Positions 1 through 10,219 of a DNA stretch of 40,616 bases are shown piece after piece. The notes below the pieces were generated by a model. It was not told the origin of the DNA and made no database searches. It saw only the letters and a list, made by a program, of their open reading frames with translations. The stretch's first letter is position 1. The number at the start of each line of letters is the position of its first letter. A program made the position numbers and the translations under genes. This DNA is from Limisphaerales bacterium. GTDB taxonomy: Bacteria; Verrucomicrobiota; Verrucomicrobiia; Limisphaerales; UBA11358. The stretch is taken from assembly GCA_031411455.1 (NCBI GenBank), contig JANOBC010000045.1:1-40616 (forward strand), given 5' to 3'.

Positions 1-45
1 GCGCGGCCGGGAGTCGTAAATCGGCGGCAAAGTTACGAGCGTGTG

Positions 46-804
46 TTAATTCAGCCCGTTGGTTCCGCGCACCGACTGGGCGTGCCAGTCGAAGAACAGC
101 ACGTTACGAAGATTGTTGCCATGGATAGCCGTGGGGGAGATTTCGTTAGCAGGCGGAGCTTTTTGCCAACTGGCAACCGATGGGGAATTATCGAGGATCA
201 AATCCACATCACGCAATGCGTAGAGGTCGCTCAAATTATTGGTATATTTTGTAAGCCCCAAAATTTTTAATGGCGGTGCTCCGGCAGGAAGAGCGGCAAT
301 CAGGCCGGGAGGATACCCAAAGGGCCTGGAGTAATCGTCAGATGATATTATTTTACCTCTCGTTGAATAAGTTATCCGCTTGCCGTCCAGAATCGGGGTT
401 TGAAGCTGTATTTTAATAGACGCTGGACAGGTAAAAATGGGAACGGAATTGTTTAAATCATTTACAGAAGTTCTAGCCGCAGGATCTGGCAGCCCCATAT
501 ATGGATAGAGGTAAACAACCGGCATGTATTTCATGGCCGTCCATACGCTGCCCGCCGCGCTGCCAGCCGCCACGCCGCGTTCCAACGGGCCGGCGCATAC
601 GTCTTTGTTGTCGTCCGCATACATCTGGAACGCCAAGCCCTGCTGCTTCATGTTATTGAGACACGCCGTTTGCACCGCCTTCTGTTTCGCCTTGGCGAGC
701 GCGGGCAGCAACATGGCGGCGAGGATGGCGATGATGGCGATGACTACGAGCAGTTCAATCAGGGTGAACGCGTGGCGGGAACGGATGGTGCAGGGATTGT
801 TCAT
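46..804 (-). CDS. Prepilin-type N-terminal cleavage/methylation domain protein (DUF1559 / H-X9-DG type)
   Basis: N-terminus [29 protein letters not shown], then CLNNMKQ and FTCPA; C-terminal [14 protein letters not shown], a variant of the H-X9-DG motif. Confidence 0.9.
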   Translation of the reverse strand: MNNPCTIRSRHAFTLIELLVVIAIIAILAAMLLPALAKAKQKAVQTACLNNMKQQGLAFQMYADDNKDVCAGPLERGVAAGSAAGSVWTAMKYMPVVYLYPYMGLPDPAARTSVNDLNNSVPIFTCPASIKIQLQTPILDGKRITYSTRGKIISSDDYSRPFGYPPGLIAALPAGAPPLKILGLTKYTNNLSDLYALRDVDLILDNSPSVASWQKAPPANEISPTAIHGNNLRNVLFFDWHAQSVRGTNGLN

Positions 805-807
805 TTT

Positions 808-2391
808 TTATTGTTCAGCTTTTGATTCCTTGAGTTGTGCCTTCAGCTTTTCCACCGGTAGTCTGGCCGTCCAGAAGATGGCATGAGGCACAAGGTCTTC
901 CAGCCCCTTCGTCTGTTCGGGATGCGGGCTGACGAAAACCAAGCGGCCTTTCTTGAACTCGGCCGCGAGCATCGCGGGTGAATTCACCATCACTCCGGCG
1001 GGTGAGCCGTTCGAGGCGACCTCGGTGCGGTAGTAGGCGAGCGCTTCAAAGTTCGGCAAAGTTTCCACACCGGCTGCGACCACGACCGGGCCGTTATGAT
1101 AAACCACGTCTAGGTTCGTCGCCGTCGTGCCAAGAATTTCCCGTCCGCGCGCGGTGGTTTCCACTTTGAGCGTGGTCCGTCCGCGCTGCCACTTGGGCGA
1201 AACCGTTTTTGCGTTCACAATTTTCAGGCTCCACGGATAACCGGCGGTGCAGAGATACGCGCCCGCGCAGATGCCGACGTAGCCGCCGCCGTTGGCAACG
1301 AAATCCACCACGTTGCTCCGGCCAACTTCGCCGATGGCCTCGGCTTCCTTGCTGCCGCTGCCGCCGCCGAAGATGATGACATCGTAATTGGTCACGGCGT
1401 TGGCTTTGACTTCATCGGGAGAAATTTCGGTGATGCTGGATTCTGGCGGATGATTGAGCCGCTTCATCAAACTCGGCGGGCCGGCGCCACCGGTTCCCGG
1501 GCCTTTGTAGAGCGCGATGCGGAGTCGCACGGTGTTTGTTGACGCTGCGGGCGCTGGCGTCGTGGCGGCAACGGCGATTAGGTGGAGAACCGAGTTGTCG
1601 GCGAGGATGGGGCGTCCGGGTATTTCGCCATCCATCATGCCGAGATGTGCCAGCAAGGTATGCACGAGGACTTCCTGCTGATGCACGCGCTTGTCCATCG
1701 GCTGCTTGGAGGTCGTCTCCAAAGTCATCGCGGGAATATGCAGGTGCTCACCACCAGCGCGGGCAAGGCTGCCGTCAATCGGCATATCGCGACGGACAAA
1801 TTTTAATTTTTCATCCGTGATTTCCCGGTTGACTGCCGCGAGCATTTTATCGGCAGCCGCCACGCCTTTCGGATTTGGAAAATTGATCACGGAACTGCCG
1901 ACACTTTTTTCGTTCACCTGATTAAAATCAAAACCCTCGTGCAAATCCAAGAGCCAGTCGGGCTTGAATTGCAACGCGAGGTTCCAAATCTCCGTGGCGA
2001 GTTCTCCGCGCGGGCCTTCGGTTTTTCCGGCGCGCGGATAGTTGCGGTTGAGGTTGTTCAAGTTGGTTTCCAAGCCGGGGATGAGCCGCTTGTTGGCAAT
2101 GAGTCCGGGAACATTGGCGCGCGGCACGACGACGAGCTTGCCTTTCAGCAACGGCCATTGGCGGATGACCTCGGCGGAGTTCGCGCCCGCAGGTTCGTTG
2201 CCGTGAACGCCGCCGCAGATGAAGATCGTCGGGCCGGGCACACCGGTGTCGCGCACATACCATTCCGTTGTGAAGCGAGTGCCCGGCAGTAGAAGATTGG
2301 TTGAGGACATTTCCGCCGCCGGAATTTTTTCCGCCGCCAAAACTCCGAGGCACAACAGAAGCGCCGCCAACTTGGTGTGTGATTTTTCCAT
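808..2391 (-). CDS. Secreted fusion of an M14 succinylglutamate desuccinylase/aspartoacylase-like zinc peptidase and a BPL_N-like class I glutamine amidotransferase domain
   Basis: Signal peptide; M14 motifs GGVHGNE, NLNRNYP, LDLHEG, TLET; C-terminal GGGSG, YVGICAGAY (nucleophile-elbow Cys) and SPHPE (His-x-Glu). Confidence 0.8.
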   Translation of the reverse strand: MEKSHTKLAALLLCLGVLAAEKIPAAEMSSTNLLLPGTRFTTEWYVRDTGVPGPTIFICGGVHGNEPAGANSAEVIRQWPLLKGKLVVVPRANVPGLIANKRLIPGLETNLNNLNRNYPRAGKTEGPRGELATEIWNLALQFKPDWLLDLHEGFDFNQVNEKSVGSSVINFPNPKGVAAADKMLAAVNREITDEKLKFVRRDMPIDGSLARAGGEHLHIPAMTLETTSKQPMDKRVHQQEVLVHTLLAHLGMMDGEIPGRPILADNSVLHLIAVAATTPAPAASTNTVRLRIALYKGPGTGGAGPPSLMKRLNHPPESSITEISPDEVKANAVTNYDVIIFGGGSGSKEAEAIGEVGRSNVVDFVANGGGYVGICAGAYLCTAGYPWSLKIVNAKTVSPKWQRGRTTLKVETTARGREILGTTATNLDVVYHNGPVVVAAGVETLPNFEALAYYRTEVASNGSPAGVMVNSPAMLAAEFKKGRLVFVSPHPEQTKGLEDLVPHAIFWTARLPVEKLKAQLKESKAEQ

Positions 2392-2433
2392 TGAAGCTGA
2401 AGCAGACTCTAACTGATATGACCGCGTCGAGGA

Positions 2434-2451
2434 ATATGACGTTTGTTATAT
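2434..2451. promoter_or_regulatory. Putative transcription-factor operator in a divergent promoter
   Basis: ATATGACG-TT-TGTTATAT, with the dyad extending to 2431-2454 (GGAATATGAC...GTTATATTCC); matches the palindrome at 11932-11949. Confidence 0.65.
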
Positions 2452-2536
2452 TCCCAACCGCGCGGAACGCGGTAAAATTCGGGTTAGTAATTTGCGACCA
2501 TCAACAAAACCAGCTCGCCGTCTACCCACCACGAAC

Positions 2537-5500
2537 ATGAAGCATCCTGCTCTGACTCCATCCGCCGGAAAAAATAAATTCATTATCGCCGGTTGGTTGG
2601 CGCTGCTGGTCGTCGGCGTTCTGTGGTGTGAGCACAGCCGCGCCGCTGACATCACTTGGACCGGCGGAACTAACGGCGTGAACACCGGCACGGCCTGGCG
2701 CAGCGCGACCAACTGGGATTCAATCACCGTGCCCACCAGCGCGGACAATGCGATTTTCGACAGCGCCGGAACCGTGACGACCTGTGCCATTGATTTGGGA
2801 GCCGCCGCCGGCACCCAGCAAATCGGCGCGGTGACGGTAGGCGCGGGACGCAGCGCCGCTCTGTCCATCCGCAATCTGACCACAAGCACCACCGACGGAA
2901 TTCTACGGTTGAATGGAGTCGGCGGAACGGTTCTGTCCAATGCCTCCACCACTGCCTCGCTGACCTTCACCAATGCCAGCACGGGCAAGTTGCTGGGTTT
3001 GGGACTCGCTACTGATGGAACGGTGTATTCCACTGATGGCGGCGGCACTGCCGGGCAAATCAGCGTCTTCAGCATTATCTCGGATGTCGGCGGTTCGCGC
3101 AGCATCACTAAAACCGGGAATGGCATTTTCTATTTGCGCGGCGTGAATACTTACTCTGGCACCACGACGGTATTGGCGGGCAACCTCCAAGTGGATGATG
3201 TCGGCACTATCGGCATCGGCACGAACACATTGTTTCTTTCCGGTGGCAATCTTCAATCCGGTGCGAACCGCAATGGCACGAGCAGCACGCCCATCGCCAA
3301 TCCGATTGTGATCACGCAGGACGCCTACATTCAGAACAAGACGGGCACAGCCACCACACGTTATCTGGCGCTGTCAGGAACGCTGAGTGGCAGCGCGGGA
3401 ACGTTGAAAATCGCCGACCCGACGAGTGCAGTGGGCAACACTTTTGCCGTCCGCTTTTTTAACACCAACATTAACTTCAGCCGCCCGATGATTGTCGGTG
3501 AATTTGGCTACGATCTGGCTTCCGCATTCTCGGTGATGGAAACTGCCAACACCAACGGCACGCAAATTTTCAGTGGCGACATCTCCGGCGTGGGCAGCAT
3601 CCGCCGGTTGAATCCTTTCACTTCGGGAGCCGCCGCTGGCACGACGGTTTTCTCCGGCAACAACACTTACTCGGGCGGCACGGCCATCACGGCAGGAACG
3701 CTGCTCGCCAACAATTCCACCGGTTCCGCCCTCGGCAGCGGTGCGGTCACGGTGACCGGCCTAAATTCCATTCTCGGCGGCAACGGTTCCGTCGTGGCAA
3801 CAACCACGGTGAACACCAACGCCACCGTTTCGCCGGGAACGAACGCCACGACCACCGCGAACTTGGGCATCAGTGATCTAACCTTGGGCGGCGGCGCGAA
3901 TTTTCTCTGGCAGATTAAGTCCGCCACTGGCATCGGCGGCACGGACTGGGATTTGATCACTTGCAGTTCCAGTTGGACCGATGCGGCCAGCAGCGGCAAT
4001 CCCATCACGATCAAAATTGATTCGCTCGGCGCGTCCCCGACCGGCTGGAATTCTTTGACCGCGCGCGACTACGTCATCATCCAGTCCAGCACTGCGAATA
4101 GTTTCGACGCCAGCCACTTTGCCCTCGACACGACCGCGTTCAGCGGAACCATCGGCGGCGTGTTCAGCTTGAGCGTCGTCAGCGGTGCGCTGCATCTGAT
4201 TTACACCCCGGCGGCGGACACGGTCATTAACGTCGCGTCCGGCTCGGTCACGCAAGGCGGTGTTTCGCCCACGCCCTATCCCAACATCAACGTCCCCGGC
4301 GGCATCGTGAAAGTCGGCAATGGCGAAGTGGTGCTGACGAATTCTGCGAATAGCTATCCCGGCTCAACGAAAATTTACGCCGGCACGGTGAGCCTCGCGG
4401 TGGACGCGCTCAACGGCTCCGGCGCGTTTGGCGCGGCCGCCACGGCGGTGCAACTTGGCAACATCACCGGCAACAGCAACGCCACGCTCAACATCAACAC
4501 CGCCGGCGTCACGATGGGTCGCTCGGTCGTCGTTCAATCCGGCAGCAGCGGCAGCAAGACCATCGGCACGAGCATCACGAGCGGCACGGCGACATTTTCT
4601 GGCGATGTCGCTTTGCAAGACAGCGCTTCACTGACCGCCCCTGTCGGCGGTTCCGTAAATTTTTCTGGCAACTTCACCGGCGCGGGCGGACTCACGCTCG
4701 GCGGCGGCGGCGCAATCACGTTGAGCGCGGTGAATAGTTACGCTGGCATCACGACGCTCGGCGGCGGCACGCTGAACTTGAACGACAAGGGGCTTGGCAC
4801 AAATACATTTACCATTTCCGCCGTCAGCACACTCGACAACACCAGCGCGAGCAGCGTGACGTTGAATAACTGCCCGCAAAACTGGAACGCCAATTTCTCC
4901 TTCACCGGCACGACGAATTTGAATCTTGGCTCCGGCCCGGTGACGATGAGCGCCTCGCGCACCTTGACCGTCAACGCCAGCACGCTCACCGTCGGCGGCG
5001 TGATTGGCGGCAGCGCCGGTCTTACCAAACTCGGCGCGGGAACGCTCGCGCTTTCCAGTTCGACGAACAGCACCTACACCGGCGGCACGACGAACGCGGC
5101 GGGAACTATTTCCCTCAATGGCACGGCCACGTTTGGCGACGGCACGGGAACGCTCGCGTTGAGCGGCGGAAATATTTTGAGCACCGCCACGCGTTCCAGC
5201 ACGCCGATTTCCAACTCCGTCGTGATGTCAGCGGACACGACGATCTACGGCAACAGCACCGCCACCGCGCCGTCCTCGCGCATATTTCCCTTCAACGGAA
5301 ACTGGACGCAATCCGCCGGCACACTGCGCGTTGGCAACACCGGTTCATCCAACAACACTTTCTTCGTGCGCCTGCTCGCGGGCAGCAGCTTCACCGGCGC
5401 CGCCATTGTCGGCGATCCGGCGTTCGACACGCCCGGCGCGATTTCTGTTTTGCAATTTTACCAAGATTCCAACGCCCCGGTGCAGACCGTGAGCGGCACG

Positions 5501-6658
5501 ATTTCCGGCAACGGCCAAGTCTGGCGCGGCAACCTCGGCGTCGGCGCGGGCGGCACGAGCATTGTCACCGGCAACAACACCTTCGCGGGCGGCTTCATCC
5601 TGAATTCTGGCACGCTCGGCCTCGGCCTCAACAGCACACCGACCACCGGCGTCGTGACTTCCGGCCCGCTGGGAACCGGCACGTTTGAAATCCAAAACGA
5701 TCCGGTCATCAACATCTTCGCCGTGGGCGGTGCGCGGACGATTGCGAACAACATCCTGCTCAACGGCGTGACGAACACTACCTTCACCGGCACGAACGCA
5801 CTGACGTTCAACGGCAGCGTCAACGTCGGCACGGTTGGAAAAACGTTGACGGTGAACAACACCGCGCCGGTTACGTTCGCCGGCACGATGACGAATACCG
5901 CTGCGCTCACGAAAGCCGGGTCGGGCACGCTGATTTTCTCCGGCGACAGCAGCTCGCGCACGAACGCCACCACCGTCAACGCGGGAACATTGCTCATTAA
6001 TAACCCCACCGGCAGCGGCACGGGCAGCGGCGATGTGACGGTGAATTCCGGCGGCACACTCGGCGGCACGGGCGCGATTGGTGGCGCGGTCACCGTGAAT
6101 GCGGGCGGCATCATTTCCGCTGGGGCGTCCATCGGCACGCTCACCATCAACAGCAATCTTACGCTCGTCGGCAACGTGCTGGTTGAGGTCAATAAATCTC
6201 TTTCGCCTTCGAACGATCTCATCGTTGTGAACGGTTTGCTGACCAACGCTGGCACGGGGACCATTACTGTCAGCAACCTTGGCCCGGCGCTGGCGGTCGG
6301 GAATAAATTCCAAATTTTCAGCGGCGCGGTGGCGAACGGCGGCGCGCTCGCCGTCACTGGCGGCGGTGTGAACTGGACGAACACGCTCGCGGTGGACGGC
6401 AGCATCGCGGTGCTTTCCATCGTGTCATCGGTGAACACGAATACCTTCACCATCGGCGCCAGCGTCAGTGGCAATAATCTCAACTTGAGCTGGCCGCCGG
6501 ATCGCCTGGGCTGGAAAGTCCAGACGCAAACGAACACTTTGAGCAGCGGCTTGAACACCAACTGGGTCACGCTGCCGGCCACGGCCACAGTGACGAATTA
6601 TACCGTCATCATCAATTCCGCCAATCCGACGGTGTTCATCCGCATGGTTTATCCGTGA
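2537..6658 (+). CDS. Large secreted autotransporter-associated beta-strand repeat protein without a beta-barrel
   Basis: ATG at 2537 preferred; signal peptide ending SRA-ADITW; many LTKxGxGTLxLxGxNTYSGxT repeats; C-terminal LSWP..LGW..QTN..NW..VFIRMVYP domain. Confidence 0.85.
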   Translation: MKHPALTPSAGKNKFIIAGWLALLVVGVLWCEHSRAADITWTGGTNGVNTGTAWRSATNWDSITVPTSADNAIFDSAGTVTTCAIDLGAAAGTQQIGAVTVGAGRSAALSIRNLTTSTTDGILRLNGVGGTVLSNASTTASLTFTNASTGKLLGLGLATDGTVYSTDGGGTAGQISVFSIISDVGGSRSITKTGNGIFYLRGVNTYSGTTTVLAGNLQVDDVGTIGIGTNTLFLSGGNLQSGANRNGTSSTPIANPIVITQDAYIQNKTGTATTRYLALSGTLSGSAGTLKIADPTSAVGNTFAVRFFNTNINFSRPMIVGEFGYDLASAFSVMETANTNGTQIFSGDISGVGSIRRLNPFTSGAAAGTTVFSGNNTYSGGTAITAGTLLANNSTGSALGSGAVTVTGLNSILGGNGSVVATTTVNTNATVSPGTNATTTANLGISDLTLGGGANFLWQIKSATGIGGTDWDLITCSSSWTDAASSGNPITIKIDSLGASPTGWNSLTARDYVIIQSSTANSFDASHFALDTTAFSGTIGGVFSLSVVSGALHLIYTPAADTVINVASGSVTQGGVSPTPYPNINVPGGIVKVGNGEVVLTNSANSYPGSTKIYAGTVSLAVDALNGSGAFGAAATAVQLGNITGNSNATLNINTAGVTMGRSVVVQSGSSGSKTIGTSITSGTATFSGDVALQDSASLTAPVGGSVNFSGNFTGAGGLTLGGGGAITLSAVNSYAGITTLGGGTLNLNDKGLGTNTFTISAVSTLDNTSASSVTLNNCPQNWNANFSFTGTTNLNLGSGPVTMSASRTLTVNASTLTVGGVIGGSAGLTKLGAGTLALSSSTNSTYTGGTTNAAGTISLNGTATFGDGTGTLALSGGNILSTATRSSTPISNSVVMSADTTIYGNSTATAPSSRIFPFNGNWTQSAGTLRVGNTGSSNNTFFVRLLAGSSFTGAAIVGDPAFDTPGAISVLQFYQDSNAPVQTVSGTISGNGQVWRGNLGVGAGGTSIVTGNNTFAGGFILNSGTLGLGLNSTPTTGVVTSGPLGTGTFEIQNDPVINIFAVGGARTIANNILLNGVTNTTFTGTNALTFNGSVNVGTVGKTLTVNNTAPVTFAGTMTNTAALTKAGSGTLIFSGDSSSRTNATTVNAGTLLINNPTGSGTGSGDVTVNSGGTLGGTGAIGGAVTVNAGGIISAGASIGTLTINSNLTLVGNVLVEVNKSLSPSNDLIVVNGLLTNAGTGTITVSNLGPALAVGNKFQIFSGAVANGGALAVTGGGVNWTNTLAVDGSIAVLSIVSSVNTNTFTIGASVSGNNLNLSWPPDRLGWKVQTQTNTLSSGLNTNWVTLPATATVTNYTVIINSANPTVFIRMVYP

Positions 6659-6670
6659 TGAATTTTTATC

Positions 6671-6706
6671 CGCAAAACCCGCGCTGGCAACGGCGCGGGT
6701 TTTGCG
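6671..6706 (+). terminator. Stem-loop (terminator or mRNA-stabilising hairpin)
   Basis: CGCAAAACCCGCGCTG-GCAA-CGGCGCGGGTTTTGCG: 16-bp stem with one G-T pair and a GNRA loop, between two co-oriented genes. Confidence 0.65.
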
Positions 6707-6718
6707 CGAAATTTTACC

Positions 6719-8905
6719 GTGATTTTTCCGTCCCTTAAAAACCTTTTTGCCGTGCTGTTCGCTGCGGTGGGAATTTTTTTATTCCTGTCCGCCGCGCGGG
6801 CGCAGACCTACGTTCCCGGCAGCAGTTATTTTGGCCGGAGCAATTACGTCCAATACATCGCGGGCGATCTGCCGATCATCATTTCCGCGCCGCACGGCGG
6901 CGCATTGACCCCGGCGGAAATTCCCGACCGCGTGGACGATGGCTCCGATCCCAACTACACCATTGTGACCGACTCGAACACTGAGGAAACCGCACTCGCC
7001 TTCCAGTCCGTTTTCGCCGCCACGTTCGGCCACAGCCCGCACGTCATCACCATGCGCTTGAGGCGGACGAAGGTTGACGCCAACCGCAGCCTCGCGCAGG
7101 GCGTTTATCAGACAAATACGTTTGCGACGCAGGCGTGGAATGAATTTCAAAACTGGATCAACACCGGCAGCAACGCCGCCGTGGCGTTGAGCGGACGCGG
7201 CTTCTACATTGACCAGCACGGCCAAGGCCACACGATCCAGCGGCTCGAACTCGGTTACCTCCTTTCCAGTTCGCAACTGATGAATTCAGACGCGACGCTC
7301 AACTCGACGACCTGTCGCAACCAGTCCAGCATCCGCACGCTCGGCACGCTCGTGAGCAATCAATTCGCGATTCCGTTCTCGCAAATTTTGCGCGGGAGCA
7401 ACAGTTTTGGCGGACTCATGGAAACGCGCGGTTACGATTCCGTTCCCAGCCCGCTGTATCCCGATCCCGGCAGCGGCAATCCGTATTTCGACGGCGGCTA
7501 CAATACCGACACGCACACCTCGCAAAGCGGCGGCCCGATGGACGGGTTGCAGATCGAGGCGAACCTCACTGGCGTGCGCGACACGTCGGCCAACCGCGCC
7601 GCCTACGCCCTAGCCGTCGCGCAGTCGCTGGATTTTATTTTCACCAATTACTACGGCATTGATTTGAGGCTGGCCGCGCCGTGCATCTGGGGCATCGGTT
7701 CGGGAAAATTTGCGACGGCGGCGAATTGGTCCAACGGCATCGTGCCGGTCGCGGGAAATTATCTTTTGTTCAGCGGCGCGGGCGGCGCGGTCAGCAACAA
7801 TCTCGCCGCGCTCACCACGGGCACGGGAAGAATCTATTCGCTGCTCTACGCCACGAACTGCGGCGGCAGCTACACGAACTACGGCAACCCCATCAGCCTC
7901 GTCGCGGGCGTCACAAATTTTTCTGCGTTCAGCCAGAACATCAGTAACGCCATCACGCTGCTCGCCGCGCAGAGTTTTTTCGCGAGCAACGCGCCGCTAA
8001 ATCTTTTCGGCAACCTCACGAACAGCGGATTTAATCTGTCATTCAATGCCGCAACCAATCTCACGGTGAGCGGCGTTATCAGCGGCGCGGGTGGACTCGT
8101 CAAAAACGGCGGCGGCGTTTTGACTTTGAATGCCGCGAACACTTTTTCCGGCGCGACGACGAATCTTGCGGGGCTTTTGCTCGCGAATAATTCCACCGGC
8201 AGCGCGAACGGCGGCGGCGCGCTGTTCGTCAATTCCGGCGCGACGCTCGGCGGCACGGGCATTGTCAGCGGGCCGGTTTCCATTTCCGGCAGCCTCGCGC
8301 CCGGCAATCCCATCGGCACGCTCACCGTTACGAATGGACTGATTTTCACCAATGGCGGCAGCTATTTCTGGACGCTCGCCGCAAACGCCACCAATTCGCC
8401 CGGCGTGAACTTTGACCAAATTATTTTGTCCGGCGGCACTCTGGTTTTGAATTCCAATTCACCGCTCGTCATTGCCTTCACCAATTCCGCCACCGCGCCC
8501 GCGACCAACGTGGCTTTCTGGCAGTCGCCGCGTTCGTGGAAAATTATTTCACTCGGCGCGGCGGCAACAAATCTTGGTCTCGCGAAGTTTGCTTCAATTT
8601 CTAATAATAATTTCACTGCTGGAAAGTTTGTCAGCACGGCGGACGCGCAAGGAAATGTGCTGCTGAATTTTCTGCCCACGCCGTCGCCAGTCGTTTCGCC
8701 CGCATTACCCGGCGCTGGCACGGCCAGCGTGAATGTGAGTTGGAGCGCCATCGCTGGCGTGACGTATCAGTTGCAGTCCAGCACGAATCTCGCGACGACC
8801 AACTGGCTGCCGCTCGGCAATGTCACCGCCGCTTCCACCAACGCGACGCTGTCAGACACGAACGCTGGTTCGCCGCAAAAGTTTTACCGCGTGGTCATTC
8901 CTTGA
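6719..8905 (+). CDS. Secreted N-formylglutamate amidohydrolase-like zinc hydrolase fused to autotransporter-associated repeats
   Basis: Signal peptide (ARA-Q); IIISAPHGG, VTDSNT, KVDANR, IDQHGQ, YFDGGY, LQIE; then LVKNGGGVLTLNAANTFSG repeats and a C-terminal W..YQLQSSTNL..W..FYRV domain. Confidence 0.75.
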   Translation: MIFPSLKNLFAVLFAAVGIFLFLSAARAQTYVPGSSYFGRSNYVQYIAGDLPIIISAPHGGALTPAEIPDRVDDGSDPNYTIVTDSNTEETALAFQSVFAATFGHSPHVITMRLRRTKVDANRSLAQGVYQTNTFATQAWNEFQNWINTGSNAAVALSGRGFYIDQHGQGHTIQRLELGYLLSSSQLMNSDATLNSTTCRNQSSIRTLGTLVSNQFAIPFSQILRGSNSFGGLMETRGYDSVPSPLYPDPGSGNPYFDGGYNTDTHTSQSGGPMDGLQIEANLTGVRDTSANRAAYALAVAQSLDFIFTNYYGIDLRLAAPCIWGIGSGKFATAANWSNGIVPVAGNYLLFSGAGGAVSNNLAALTTGTGRIYSLLYATNCGGSYTNYGNPISLVAGVTNFSAFSQNISNAITLLAAQSFFASNAPLNLFGNLTNSGFNLSFNAATNLTVSGVISGAGGLVKNGGGVLTLNAANTFSGATTNLAGLLLANNSTGSANGGGALFVNSGATLGGTGIVSGPVSISGSLAPGNPIGTLTVTNGLIFTNGGSYFWTLAANATNSPGVNFDQIILSGGTLVLNSNSPLVIAFTNSATAPATNVAFWQSPRSWKIISLGAAATNLGLAKFASISNNNFTAGKFVSTADAQGNVLLNFLPTPSPVVSPALPGAGTASVNVSWSAIAGVTYQLQSSTNLATTNWLPLGNVTAASTNATLSDTNAGSPQKFYRVVIP

Positions 8906-8940
8906 AACTGTCAACCGGGAATGAAATCATCAACTCCGCC

Positions 8941-10197
8941 ATGACTTCCCTCCTAAAAAAGATTTCGCTCACGCAATGGATTCTGGTCGCCATCGTTGTC
9001 GGCGTCACGGTCGGCTGGCTGTTTCCGGATGGATCACAAAACCTCAAGGTCGTCTCCAATCTTTTTCTTCACCTCATCAAGTGCATCATCGTGCCGCTGA
9101 TTTTCAGCACGCTCGTCGTTGGCATCGCGGGCCACACGGACGACATCAAGGCCGTCGGACGTCTCGCTCTGAAGTCCATCATCTATTTTGAGATCGTTAC
9201 CACGCTCGCGCTGTTTGTCGGGTTGGGCGCAGTTAATTTAATTCGTCCTGGCGATGGCATTGTGCTCGCCAAAAGCGCGGATGTTGGACAGAAATTCGCG
9301 CAGACCAAGGTGACGCTCGAAGGTGTGGTGGAACATCTCGCGCCGCAAAGTTTTTTCGACGCCGCTGCGCGCAATGACGTGTTGCAGGTAGTTATCTACG
9401 CGATTTTCTTCGGCATCGCGCTCACCCAGGTCACGGGCAAGCCGAAGCACACAGTGCTGGATTTTTTTGAGGGCATCACGGCGGTGATGTTCAAGTTCAC
9501 CGGGTTGGTCATGTGGTTTGCGCCGCTCGGTGTCGGGGCGGCGATCGCGGTCGCCGTCGGCGCGAATGGTCTGGGCATCCTCGCCAATCTCGGCAAGCTC
9601 GTGCTCACGCTCTACGGCGCGCTGCTGGTGTTCGTGGTGTGTGTGCTGATTCCGGTGATGTGGATTGCGCGCATCCCCGTGGTAAATTTTTTCCGCACGG
9701 TGCGGCAGCCGGCGCTGCTCGCGTTTTCCACGGCCACCTCCGAGGCGGCGCTACCCGACGCGTTGCGGCTCATGGAAAAATTTGGTGTGCCAAAACGCAT
9801 CGTCGCGTTCGTGCTGCCGACGGGTTACTCGTTCAACCTCGACGGTTCGACGCTGTATCTCGCGCTGGCGTCGGTGTTCGTCGCGCAGGCGGCGGGCATC
9901 GAATTGGATTTCAAGACGCAGTTGATGATGATGCTCACGCTGATGCTCACCAGCAAAGGCGTCGCCGCCGTGCCCCGCGCGTCGCTGGTGATTTTGTCCG
10001 GCACGCTCGTCACGTTCGGACTGCCGCTGGAAGGCGTCGCGGTGATTCTGGCGGTGGATGCGTTCCTCGACATGGCGCGCACGTCCATCAATCTCGTCGG
10101 CAACTGCCTCGCCTCGGCCGTGATGGCGCGCTGGGAGGGTGAGTTTGATGACGCTGCGGCGAATGGAGTTGCAACGGAACCGCCGGTCACTAGCTGA
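8941..10197 (+). CDS. gltP: Dicarboxylate/amino acid:cation symporter (GltP/GltT-like glutamate/aspartate transporter)
   Basis: ATG at 8941; motifs IIVPLIFSTLVVGIA, AFSTATSEAALP, LPTGYSFNLDG, LTSKGVAAVPRAS, DMARTSIN. Confidence 0.9.
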   Translation: MTSLLKKISLTQWILVAIVVGVTVGWLFPDGSQNLKVVSNLFLHLIKCIIVPLIFSTLVVGIAGHTDDIKAVGRLALKSIIYFEIVTTLALFVGLGAVNLIRPGDGIVLAKSADVGQKFAQTKVTLEGVVEHLAPQSFFDAAARNDVLQVVIYAIFFGIALTQVTGKPKHTVLDFFEGITAVMFKFTGLVMWFAPLGVGAAIAVAVGANGLGILANLGKLVLTLYGALLVFVVCVLIPVMWIARIPVVNFFRTVRQPALLAFSTATSEAALPDALRLMEKFGVPKRIVAFVLPTGYSFNLDGSTLYLALASVFVAQAAGIELDFKTQLMMMLTLMLTSKGVAAVPRASLVILSGTLVTFGLPLEGVAVILAVDAFLDMARTSINLVGNCLASAVMARWEGEFDDAAANGVATEPPVTS

Positions 10198-10219
10198 AAT
10201 TAGAACAATAAAAATTACG

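Noticed and set aside
8740-8940. N-terminal extension of the symporter given in the ORF track
   Set aside because: Overlaps the upstream gene; family-like sequence starts at ATG 8941.
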